Shown: piece by piece, positions 10,017-19,907 of the stretch
Numbering within the stretch: the first letter of the stretch is position 1
Layout of the letters: each line of letters starts with the position of its first letter
NCBI GenBank assembly: GCA_000934665.2
Contig: JYFJ02001909.1
Coordinates: 46,720-66,719, forward strand
Source: Catajapyx aquilonaris
Taxonomy: Eukaryota
Direction: 5' to 3'
Length of the DNA: 20,000 nt
Position numbers and translations under genes: made by a program
The notes under the pieces: model-generated
The model's database searches: none
What the model saw: only the letters and a program-made list of their open reading frames with translations
What the model was told of the DNA's origin: nothing

Positions 10017-11033
10017 CCGTAAGTGGGGGTAACTTTGTGACAGTTTTTGAGGTTTTTCGTATCAGCAGAAACGGCGGTTTAATGTTTTACCAACAAAATG
10101 TCTTATTAAAGTTTCTACCCTCATCCTTCCTGTACATATCCGTGTGCAGATCATATCGATGACTTCATCCGTTACTAAAATATTTTCTTAAGGTGAAACA
10201 TGAGGAACAGAAAATGTAACAAAGTTACCCCACAAACTTCTAATTTTAGACAAATTTTCGTCTTTATAATGATATATTATTTTATTAAATTGATCATAAA
10301 TAATGTAATATTAAGAAAAACATTTTGTCAATTTTGTGGTCTTTTCGTTTAAGTCAGTCGTAAACTTCTCGAGGGCTGATTTCTTTGGATTTTCATTTGG
10401 ATGTGTACCAGAATAATTTCGAGTGGTACGGTAGGCCTATACCCTAACAGGGTATAGGCCTAAAAGATTTTGGCTGTCAGCGCCTTTGGCTGTCAGCGCT
10501 TTTGGCTGTCAGGGAATTGGCGGTAAAAGATTTTGGCTGTCAGGGCTTTTGGCTGTCATGGTTTTTGGCTGTCAGGCAGGCGACCCACCCTAAAGGACTG
10601 GGACATAGGTCAAAACAGTAAATAATATCCGTGGACTAACTTTGTGACAAGTTGATGCTGTCACAAAGTCACCCCGCAAAAGTACGAAATTCATCAAATA
10701 CCCTCGTAGCTCCTATAAAACCAGTTCAATCTTGCATCATGTTATATCATTTCTTAGCCAATGAATTTGTCTTCAAAATATGTTACATGGTTTACTCTCA
10801 TCGCAACTATGCGAGTCGCTATTAGGGAAGTGCCAACAATCCTCGCCGTTTGCGTACTTGGAATGTGACGGCCAACAATGCACGAGATGTGGGAGCTTTT
10901 CCAGCTGTCTGCTAGGTGGCATCACATTCGCAGCCATCTACTGGCAAAGGTTTCAGACTTTCAGTCAAAAAGCTAAAATACGAGTAATAGTGGCGCGTGA
11001 TTCGAAAAATTGATTTGTCACAAAGTCTTACGG
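10017..11033. mobile_element. Non-autonomous DNA transposon, pogo-like termini
   Basis: Left end ccgtaagtgggggtaactttgtgaca (10017-10042); right end tgtcacaaagtcttacgg (11016-11033) is its reverse complement lacking 8 nt; same core motif internally at 10215-10233, 10638-10649, 10659-10669. TA TSD not preserved. Confidence 0.55.
10450..10586. mobile_element. Mutator/foldback-type terminal repeat array (16-bp units)
   Basis: Seven ~16-bp units with core TTTGGCTGTCA (one variant TTGGCGGTAA); GGGT...ACCC ends; flanks accctaaca / accctaaag (7/9 identical, TSD-like). Confidence 0.55.
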
Positions 11034-11066
11034 TTCCCTAAAGGCGTTTTAAATTTTTTAAAAAGC

Positions 11067-11120
11067 TTTACCCCATTGAGGGAACAGCGCCCTTTTAGGG
11101 GGGTGGATTACCACCATTTT
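11067..11120 (-). repeat. Dispersed repeat, inverted partner of 18166-18219
   Basis: Reverse complement (aaaatggtggtaatccacccc...gggcgctgttccctcaatggggtaaa) aligns by eye with aaaatggcggtattcacccctctaatggagcgccgattctccccatggggtaaa. Confidence 0.7.
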
Positions 11121-12828
11121 TCTTACGAAAAGTTTTTCGCATTCATTTTCTCTCCCTAAAAGCCATATTTAATTGGTACAGTAGGAGTAGCTTAGCAAGT
11201 ATAATCGCTACTTTACTGTTCAGGACAACATCCATTATTTCAGGGGCAGAGTGAATTTTAAAACGCATAATGTTCGCTTTTCGTGTCAATCATGGTAAAA
11301 TGATGCCCGATGCTTACATTACGTATGCTGCAAAATTAAATAGAGTCGCAAATGTTCTGTTGAAAAAGAGTTTGCATTTTATAATAATTTTACTATTTCA
11401 GTCATTAATTTATTTCCGCTAGTAGATACTTCTGTTCTGACTGCACTTCACAGCACATAAACTGTCCTATTGGATAGCACAACTATAAAATCATACTTGT
11501 ACGTTTAAGCCCCACACTCACGTAGTTTGGTTTCTAGGACCGTTCGTTGCGGGCAGATTTTCTTTCCTTGTCGAGAACGTGTACATTACATGGTTCTGGT
11601 TATCTCAAGTTTCCGGGAAGGAAAAATGCCAGTCATTCTGAGATACATAAGCAGTGTCACTCGCTCTTTGCACAGGAATAGATAAATGATAACTTTTTCG
11701 TCCATACTCAGTGAGTTATACAGTGTATTTAATTTATTGTTATTATTTTTTTCATCGCACTTCCTTTCCTTACATATATCAATAAAAAGCTAATAATTGA
11801 TGTAAGAATAATTCGTCACAAGCAAATGATTCACTCTTAGTACATTTCATGATTATTACATGGAGATTCTCCAGTTATTGGCCAATTTATCAAAAATTCT
11901 ATTAGGGGTAATGAATCGTTCTTGGACCATTACACCATAACACTTAACACAGCAATTATACTCAGACTGTACCTAATAAAAATCGGCCCAACCACCCACC
12001 GAGAAAAGTGGCATTCAAATGTAACCAAAGCCAAAAACCTAATCCCAGGCTTATTTCCAAGCTTGTATTACCTATGAGCTATTATGACATTCATCCTGCA
12101 CATTTGTAATCATCATAGTAGGCTACTGCAGGTGCACATGACATGTTGATGATTTCATCTGAGTTTCACTGGTTTCACAAAAATTGTCGGGGTAAAAAAA
12201 TGTTACTGTTATACAATGTCGCGTATTTTTGAACATTTAAATTGGCATGTTAATTATACTAGCGCCATTAATCCTTCACGTCGTCGTGTCCTTCATTTAG
12301 CGTATGTGAGTAATAATGATTACGGTATTGTGATAACACTATGCAGCACAATTTGTCAATGGAAATTTATTGCTATTTTCATGTTCCTTAGATCACAAGT
12401 AGGCCTAACTCATAATGGGCATTCATTTTATCTGTGATTTGTTTTTGACCTCGGGGCAGTCAAAAAAACCAAATCCTCAAATATAGCAGGTTTTTCCCAA
12501 TCAGGTGGGCCTAAATGTTGCTAGACCATCTCGGATCTTTCTGAAAAGAATCACAGCTGTACACACTTATGCCATAACACTGCATATCAAGTTTCAGCCA
12601 AATTGCGAAATACCGTAGAGAGGGAAAATTCGCCAAATTTTTAAAACTGATGGGGCCCCCTTTTTGGATAATTTTTCCGGTTATTGGAAGTGGTCAAAAC
12701 TCAATCAACATATACATCAAATGAAAGAGAAACGCGAGTAGAATGTGATTATGGAATTTGTTTTTCTAGAAAATGCCCTCAGAAAAACATGTGGGGCATT
12801 TCATCAGTCACATGTCCACGAATTCCCT

Positions 12829-13363
12829 GAGTTGCCTCCTTGCCAGCTAAGTAGACGGACACGTGAGGGGCGCTCTCCCTCAAGGCCGTACATTGGCATT
12901 TAAATCCGTTAAAATGGGGGTGTCCAAGGAAGAAATGGTTGATCTGCTGCAAACCTTGGAGAAGAAGCTGGATACTAAGATTCAGGGGGCAATTGAGTCG
13001 ATAACCGAGAAGTTAACAACGGAGCTCACGAAGATCCTGGACAAGAAGACGGAAGAGCAAAACGAAAAGGTGAACAAGCTCCATTCCATGGTGTCGGACC
13101 TTGCGAACCAGCTCCAATTTTCGACTTCCAAGATTCTGGCACTTGAATCCAGAATTGTCGACATGGAAGACCGAGGTAGGAGGAAGAACATCATCACTTT
13201 TGGGTTGGCTCCCGATGGTCAGGAAACGTGGGGGGATACCGAACTCAAGGTGCTGAAGACTATCCAACCTCGGTGTCCTCCCTCCCAACCTCAATTTGCC
13301 TATCGAACGCAGCCATCGAATGGGGCGATTTATCTCGGATCGAGTGCGGCCAATCATTTTGAG
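12829..13363 (+). mobile_element. Non-LTR retrotransposon 5' fragment: ORF1p (coiled coil + RRM, L1/Transposase_22-like), frameshifted and 3'-truncated
   Basis: ATG 12914: coiled coil then ALESRIVDMEDRGRRKNIITFGL...ETWGDTELKV; +1 frame from about 13260 gives LSNLGVLPPNLNLPIERSHRMGRFISDRVRPIIL (IERxHR..G...RPII motif); GC-rich island in AT-rich flanks; no ORF2 seen. Boundaries approximate. Confidence 0.85.
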
Positions 13364-14159
13364 TCCAAATCAATGAGTTACTCCTATGGAAAAGTATTTC
13401 ATAACCCGAGCAACGCCGGGTATCCTGCTAGTTATCAATAAAATAGGTTCATACCAAAATTAAGTTGTTACATGTAATTGGTACAGTGATAATATATTAA
13501 TCTAGGTAACGGACTGGACAAAATATATTTAACTGAGCCGACATTTTTGTCCTTGGATAAAAATGGGTTAAGAGAATGGGTCTGAAGTAAGCATTCATCT
13601 ATTCTTCATGAAGGTCATTACACAGAAACACCAAAATTTTGGTTGACATACGAGTTTTAAAAGCAAACAAAGTTGCTTTTAAACCTTCACTTTTCACCGA
13701 AATGTCCCTTTTCGCGTGGAATGGCACTATTTTTGTCTAACATGTCCGTGATATTTTTTCGCGAGTGGCTCTAAGTTTTTTTTTTTGGCGATAATCCATG
13801 TGTATGTGTGTGCATGTGCTTTTACACAACAAAATCTGAAATGGTTGCGCAACCACTTAATTTCCAATTACTGCCTGAACTGAGGTGGAATGTACAAGTA
13901 CAATATTATAAGGAGCATATTTCTTTAAAAAAAATCACAATTCCCTTATTACTTGCTGAGAAACAATAGGCCTACTTGCACAATCTGCCGCATCTATTCA
14001 CAGTATCATACATCAAAATAGGTTCAAAATAGGTTGAGCTTGAAAGTGGACAAGTTATGACACGTAATAGGATGTTTTTTTTCTTCCAAAACCAATCTAA
14101 CAGAAATATATTCAGCTATTCCACTCTCCCAGGGTATTCCTGAGCCTGGGCCTAAAAAT

Positions 14160-14290
14160 ACTGTCCGTTTACACAGGTTCCATTACATTAGGCAAAAATT
14201 CGAGGCAATATTCCCTGTCGAGACAGCAAATTTATTCCGTAGTAAACAAGTCCCCGCTATATCCAGGGTCCGTTATAGGCAAATACTGCA
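14160..14290. mobile_element. Possible Tigger/pogo-type MITE 3' remnant
   Basis: Repeated gtccgttta / ttccgtagta / tccccgctata / gtccgttata motifs ending near actgca; no partner TIR found. Confidence 0.25.
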
Positions 14291-14852
14291 TAACAAGAGT
14301 TTAATAAGATCCTGCACAAGTATAGTGAAAAGTATCCGTGCATAGTTCATTTTCTACACCAATCCCAAGGCAAATCCTTCGAGCATGTCATCCCTTTAAA
14401 AAAATCACATTTGTAATACAATCGACTAGAAGCTACGTATAGTGCTCACTACCACAACACAACCGAGATTATTATTCCATTCTCATGATCACATGCTATG
14501 AATAGGCTTGGAGGATGTTTGCGAAACGAGCCGTGGCATGCTGACTGCGCCAAATATCCCGTACCAAGTGCTAACAGCCGGTGTCACATGACAACATTGA
14601 TAAGGCTTGAAGGGACGCCAACTCCCGATGGATAATTACAACGCATCACTGAGTCATGCTTGGGGTCAACTGGAAGAAAACTATAGAGTGACAAATGTAG
14701 TTCCCAGGTATGTTTAAAGGATTATTGTTTTTTTATCAACTTGATTCAAAATTAAAAGATAAGTTTGCTGAAGGCTGCCCCTTCATGATATTTCACTTGC
14801 CCAATTAACAATGGATACCGTCCTTCACACTGTGGCATAAGGCTACCTTTTC

Positions 14853-14882
14853 TTCACCTTGGGCAATTTTGCCCAAGGTGAA
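14853..14882. repeat. Perfect 14-bp inverted repeat (hairpin)
   Basis: ttcaccttgggcaa-tt-ttgcccaaggtgaa. Confidence 0.9.
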
Positions 14883-15932
14883 TAACTTAGATTTTCTTGT
14901 AGACTAGTAACGGATTTGTGTGGCCAGGCTATTGCAGTGGCCTTTTCAAGTGGTCAAATAGATGAGAAGTTCTTATATTGGGGTAGGTCTGAGCCATTCA
15001 GTTATAATGCTATGGAGATTTTTAATTTTGTAGATATCTCCAGGGTGGTTCTAATCGTCTACAAACAAGCATATAGATACATGTCTATGTTGCTTTTGAC
15101 AAGGCTGGTTAACGATGCCCATGACCTCACTATACAGTAGATGACGTTCCATATTTTTGATCAGAGGATAGTACACTGAAGCCCGCTGAAGCCACGTGAC
15201 TCTCCGATGCATGTTGTGATACTCACCTACAAAACTGGAGTGTCAACCTGTAGTCCAGACCGGTCCAGACAGTATTCTGTAGCTCACCACACCAGCCTCG
15301 ACATCAGTAAACTTAAACGCGTCTGCTCCACTTCTCTTCCTGACTCACTCTGGCTCCGACACAAGAATGCCTTCCATATCCCCAACACCCCCCCCCCCCC
15401 CCCCCNCCCCCCCCCCAACTCGTGACATTGGAACTATATGCAGTCATTATTATCTCGGCATCATTAAAAAGGATCAAAGGCCGCAATTACAATAAAACAT
15501 ACCCTCTGACGTGAGGATGTTGGAAATAAAGAATAATTTACTTGTACAATAGTGAGCATGTATTTTTATCGCTTCCTACTCACTCTCCGTGTCATTGACC
15601 ATGTTGTGCAATGCGTACCGTATCCTTCACACGCGCAGTAAATACAAATTATATGGCGTGCTTTAGAAAGAATAATATTTTCGACTCTTGAGCTCCAAGA
15701 TATGGCCTGATAATGATACAAATTGTTGTAAGTGGTTGTAACTAAATAATTGATGCAATTCATGTCAGTGGGAGTTGGAGTTGACAGGTTTGACAGCGAC
15801 ATGCCTTGACTCCAGCTCTCATCAAATCGTGCTACTGGTTACTTTCAGAAAAAACGGCGGTAATTATGGCTAACGAGGTATAGATCCTATTCCTATACAG
15901 AAAATCTGTGAGAATTAATGTCCTTCTCAGAA

Positions 15933-15961
15933 GGGCTATCACGGGGTAATAAAAATAAAAA
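15933..15961 (+). mobile_element. Extremely 5'-truncated retroposon tail with 17-bp TSD
   Basis: gggctatcacggggtaataaaaataaaaa between two exact copies of taatgtccttctcagaa (15916-15932, 15962-15978); resembles the 3' end ggctgataacggggta of the SINE at 18344-18624. Confidence 0.75.
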
Positions 15962-17384
15962 TAATGTCCTTCTCAGAACATTCTTCAGTAATAATAATAT
16001 TACATTATAACAGTAACAAACAAGAACGTACGTATTTAACACCACAGACAGCTTGCCTGACACTCGCAAATAATAAATATTAATACTAATAAAACTGTTT
16101 ACGTATGCTATATTACCAAATTGCAAAAATCAGCCGTAGATAAGTGACGTTTGCCATTCTTTGTAAATGTTGTGGAAATTTACGGTATCACGCATTTATT
16201 TTATTGGTGAACTTGAAAAACTTAGTATATTTTATGTATTGTGCAGTACAGTATCATGTCCTGCATAATAGATTGCATTGTTCGGTTATTCGCGAAAAAC
16301 TCTTTCCTCTCTAGTGACGTAAGGTGTGGTTGATACAGGTGCGAGTTGAATCTTCTGAAGGTACATAATTTCGGAAATTTATTCTATAAATTGGAAAAGA
16401 AAACACATGTGAACTGTGGATAACGTCATTTTTTCTGCGAAAGAAATGCAGCCCTACGCAAAAAAAAACCGCAAGCTGTGAATAGGAACATGGGTGCCCT
16501 CGATGGGTATTCCCGGGACTGTAAGTTTTGGCAACAGCGGCTACCTTTTAGGTGGGTTCCGAGACATTTACTAATCCCTTTGGGACCCAGCCTTCCCTTA
16601 TAATTATTATCAGAACCTTGGACACTGATGTTTTTTTAATACGATTTTTGGGGTATTCTTGGCAGCTTTTAAAAATCCACTATATCGATATCCAATGTTT
16701 ACGTATAAAATTATATAGATTATCGTAATTCTAGATAATGCATATTAGGCTATTCCCCACTATTTATTAACGAGTTAGGCTTTTTTTTACATAAACAGAG
16801 GTTATTTATCAATATTATGATATTCACATAATCCGCCAAATTTTACTTAAAAATGTGCATTTGATAAAGCTGACATGATTAAAAAAGAGCAGTTTACTGT
16901 TTACATGCTCCTTGTAATTAAAGTTAGGTCGAGGACCAAAGGGATTAGCAGCTCTCTCGGAATTTTGTTGTGTTCTTTTGGTGATGTTAGAGTTATAGAT
17001 ATACAGTAACAGTAGTAGTTGCAATCACCTTCCACCTTCAATGGTGTCACACTCGTGTCCACTGAACAAAATGCACTGATATTTTGTGGCTAGATTTCTG
17101 GACACAATTCAATATTCAGATGTGATGCTCTTTTACTGGAAGTAACTTAATAAAATAATTTGCAGACTCAATTATTTTAATTCATTGGTATAAGAGTATG
17201 AGAGCATGAAGTTGGAAGAGCTGCCGTTAGGGATCGTGCTTTGCCAGCAATGAAGTCGGTAAGAAAATACAAAATATGATATCTACGCGACCTCTGGCTG
17301 GCTTCTCAATAGTTGATATTCAGAAGCCGAGTGAGGCAAGTGGAGCCGATAGCGCGAGTTTCAAAATTTATATAATCACATATA

Positions 17385-17632
17385 CAGGGTCATCGAAAAA
17401 GAATGTCAAAATGTGAAAACTCTATAACGTAACTCGAAAACTTGGATGATTTCAGTTTTGAAATGCTAAGAAAGGTCTAAAGTTTTGGCCTTACCATAAT
17501 TTGTTTTGATATGAGCACCATTTGTCACTCTGAAATTTTAAATACGGTAATCGGTGTCGTGCTAAAGCCGCATAGGCATGTCTTGGGTTACCGTTGCAAT
17601 CTTATCCCGTAGGTGCTGATGATTCCGGATCT

Positions 17633-17633
<1 letters not shown>
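17385..17633 (-). mobile_element. Tc1/mariner-superfamily transposon 3' end (decayed transposase C-terminus + TIR)
   Basis: TA + TIR cagggtcatcgaaaaagaatgtc (17385-17407); minus-strand translation KIRNHQHLRDKIATVTQDMPMRL*HDTDYRI*NFRVTNGAHIK resembles the L..RI....T.DM...W....YR...C....GAH C-terminus of this group. Confidence 0.85.

Positions 17634-17634
<1 letters not shown>

Positions 17635-17703
<69 letters not shown>
17635..17703. repeat. (AAT)23 microsatellite, tail of the adjacent SINE
   Basis: 23 perfect AAT units. Confidence 0.95.
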
Positions 17704-17704
<1 letters not shown>

Positions 17705-18027
17705 GGGTATAGTGCCGTGCCTCATCTGAGGTTTTGACACGGACCTTTATTGCCAAGATGTGCACATTAATTTGGACAACGAAGAGCCCTGGTTCGAGGG
17801 CAGGGTGACTGGGAGGGGATGTGCAATGTCCAAGTGCAATGTCTCTGTTGTGGACATTTTGTGAGCTCCCCCGGGTGATTCGTCTATCGGAAATCCCACC
17901 CTAGACGAAGCCGGATATGCCACTGGAGAACTCCGCACGAGATGAAAGTGGGGGATGCCCGGGCTTGGTATCGAACCCGGGACCCTTCCATCCGTGGGCG
18001 CTAGGTTTACTGCAGCGCCACTTCGCC
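17635..18027 (-). mobile_element. tRNA-derived SINE (family B) with (ATT)n tail
   Basis: Minus strand starts ggcgaagTGGCGCTGCAG (degenerate A box), B box GGTTCGATACC, GC-rich body, ends ...ggcactatacccc(att)n. Confidence 0.75.
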
Positions 18028-18106
18028 TTCCCACGGTCCCCACAGGATAATTCCGGGGTCGATTCCGTATAATACGCCACAGCAGCTTCCTTCCTTCCCT
18101 ATCCAT
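18028..18106 (+). mobile_element. Internal fragment of SINE family A
   Basis: ttcccacggtcc..caggataattccgg...gccacagcagcttccttc..tccctatcc aligns by eye with 18446-18525. Confidence 0.75.
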
Positions 18107-18343
18107 GGCCCCATTTGTGAAAGTTGGGGGGGGGGGGGGGGGGGGNGGGGGGGGGGACGAGTGGTAAAATGGCGGTATTCACCCCTCTAATGGAGCGCCG
18201 ATTCTCCCCATGGGGTAAATATAAATAAAAACAAATAAAAATAAAATATCCATCGTTTTAAATGAACTTCCATTAATTGCATAAATTATAATTAAATTCT
18301 CTGAAAATCCATAAAATTATAGCTAGGTGTATCAATGAAAATG

Positions 18344-18624
18344 ACCGAAGCAGGTTGGCATAGTGGATAAGGCGTCCGACTGCTAATCGGGAGGTCCTGG
18401 GTTCGAATCCCGGGGCCGACAACTCTGACCGTGGTTTTCTGTGGTTTCCCACGGTCCTTCCAGGAAAATTCCGGAGTTGTTTCCGTAATTAACAGGCCAC
18501 ATCCGCTTCCTTCTGTCCCTATCCCATCCCAAAAAGTGCAGTAAAATGAAAGCAAAGAGTTCCAGGCAAAAGAAAACTTCCCCCCTAAAGAGCCGAAAGA
18601 GGCTGATAACGGGGTATGAATTAT
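18344..18624 (+). mobile_element. Full-length tRNA-derived SINE (family A, Lm1-like central domain) with 14-bp TSD
   Basis: A box TGGCATAGTGG (18356-18366), B box GGTTCGAATCC (18400-18410), central ggttttctgtggtttccc...caggaaaattccgg...ggccac..ccgcttccttc resembling insect Lm1-type SINEs; TSD tatcaatgaaaatg at 18330-18343 and 18625-18638. Confidence 0.9.
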
Positions 18625-18772
18625 TATCAATGAAAATGGCCTGTATAAATAAAAAACAATATTTTTGCGAATTAAAAAGTATTACAAAGAAATGCACAGG
18701 CATAAAATTTTGCAATTTAAATTCAACATTTTCAGGATTACAGAAATTTTTGCGCGGGCCGCACAAATTGTC

Positions 18773-18809
18773 TTCGCGGGTCGGATCCGGCGTAGTTTGC
18801 CCACCCCTG
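18773..18809. mobile_element. hAT (Charlie/Buster-like) terminus
   Basis: gcgggccgcaca...cgcgggtcggatccggcgtagtttgcccacccctg followed by ggctataa (nnnTAnnn target pattern); opposite end not found. Confidence 0.65.
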
Positions 18810-18837
18810 GGCTATAAGCATGGCAAAACTTCTCATT

Positions 18838-19141
18838 AAAGACTTCGCACACTGGGAGGCTGAACAAATGAAACTTTCCTACTTCAGGTTTGTTTCATGG
18901 ATGAGGCGACTTTTTATGCGAATCATCAAGAAGAATATGTGTGGTCAGGTGTAAAGACCCACGATATCCAGCACCTACGGGATAGGATTGCAACGGTAAC
19001 TGCAGATATGATTGATAGGGTTTGGCACAGCAACAACTTTAGACCTTTCGTAGCATTTCAAAACTTACATAATATTCAGATGTCTACAAGCTTCCGAGTT
19101 ATAGGGTTTTCAAATTGGGACATTCTTTTTCGATGACCCTG
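18838..19141 (+). mobile_element. Internally deleted Tc1/mariner-superfamily transposon, 3' part
   Basis: NETFLLQVCFMDEATFYAN (first catalytic Asp motif, cf. FSDEATF) joined almost directly to VKTHDIQHLRDRIATVTADMIDRVWH (C-terminus), then TIR gacattctttttcgatgaccctg (19119-19141) + TA. Confidence 0.85.
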
Positions 19142-19185
19142 TATAACAAATCTCACGGACGCTGTGAAGAAGTAAGAAACACAGA

Positions 19186-19272
19186 AATGCCCCTCCCGGA
19201 ATATTAGCCCCGGTGACTATTTCGCCCCCGGAATATTCGCCCCCGTGACTATTTCTCCCCCGCCGTGGACAT
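19186..19272. repeat. Short tandem array (about 16/32-bp period), Mutator/foldback TIR-like
   Basis: Alternating ggaatattcgcccccg / tgactatttcgcccccg units, four clear copies. Confidence 0.7.
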
Positions 19273-19359
19273 CTCAGCAGCATTTTGGACTCCGGTTCCG
19301 GTGCTTAGTACTGGAAATTAGAGAAAAAGACAAGGCACAAAATGTATGGGCGAGTGGCC

Positions 19360-19907
19360 TTCCGTTCGATTTGCCTGAAAATTGGATATGTTGTAGCCCA
19401 GACCGTCCTGATCAATGTTAGATAGGGACATTTCGAGGTAGGATGACGACCTACAGGGAGCGGGCTCTTGACCTCCGAAGGTCATATGGGATATGATCTG
19501 GTTTTCCGTTCGATTTGCCTGAAAATGGGATATGTTGCAGCCCAGATGTTGTATAGGGATATCTTAAGGTGGGACCTATACAGGGAGCCTGCTAATAATG
19601 ACCTCCGAAGGTAATAGGGGGAGTAGTAGACTACAATAATCTTGTCTCCAGGAACTCAATGGTTATTGCATTAAATTACCTATTAATCTTTATTACCTAT
19701 TCATCTCGTTCAAATTTTACTCCTTGAAGGTTGTCATCTGGAGTTTCCTCCAGCTGCACATCAACATTCATTGGGTCAATCGTCAATGTAAGGAAGGTTT
19801 CTCTCACAGCAGTTTCTATGGTATTGAGTAGCCTCTTCGATGAATAGCGATTAGCATGCTCCCTGTAGGTCCCACCTTAAAATTTTCCTATCCAACATTG
19901 ATCAGGA
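19360..19907. repeat. Diverged 144-bp tandem duplication plus a partial inverted third copy
   Basis: ttccgttcgatttgcctgaaaat starts at 19360 and 19504; reverse complement of 19850-19907 matches tcctgatcaatgtt.gatagg and taaggtgggaccta..cagggagc.tgctaat. Confidence 0.85.

Noticed and set aside
10463..10586. CRISPR-like repeat array
   Set aside because: Head-to-tail 16-bp units with no unique spacers, eukaryotic context, no cas genes.
12982..13357. Minus-strand ORFs over the LINE fragment
   Set aside because: Antisense shadows of ORF1.
15389..15416. Poly-C run with an N (poly-Pro ORF / G-quadruplex candidate)
   Set aside because: Homopolymer with an ambiguous base; length unreliable and possibly an assembly join.
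17562..17765. Poly-leucine ORF
   Set aside because: Translation of the (AAT)n SINE tail fused to a transposase remnant.
18126..18156. Poly-G run with an N
   Set aside because: Likely sequencing/assembly uncertainty; it is also a caveat for contiguity of the composite element around it.
18349..18420. tRNA gene (anticodon GCT)
   Set aside because: Acceptor stem does not pair, no Ser-type long variable arm, and it continues into a SINE body with TSDs.
18580..18616. Hammerhead ribozyme-like ctaaaga...gaaa
   Set aside because: CUGANGA core is not intact and GAAA sits in the loop rather than after stem II.
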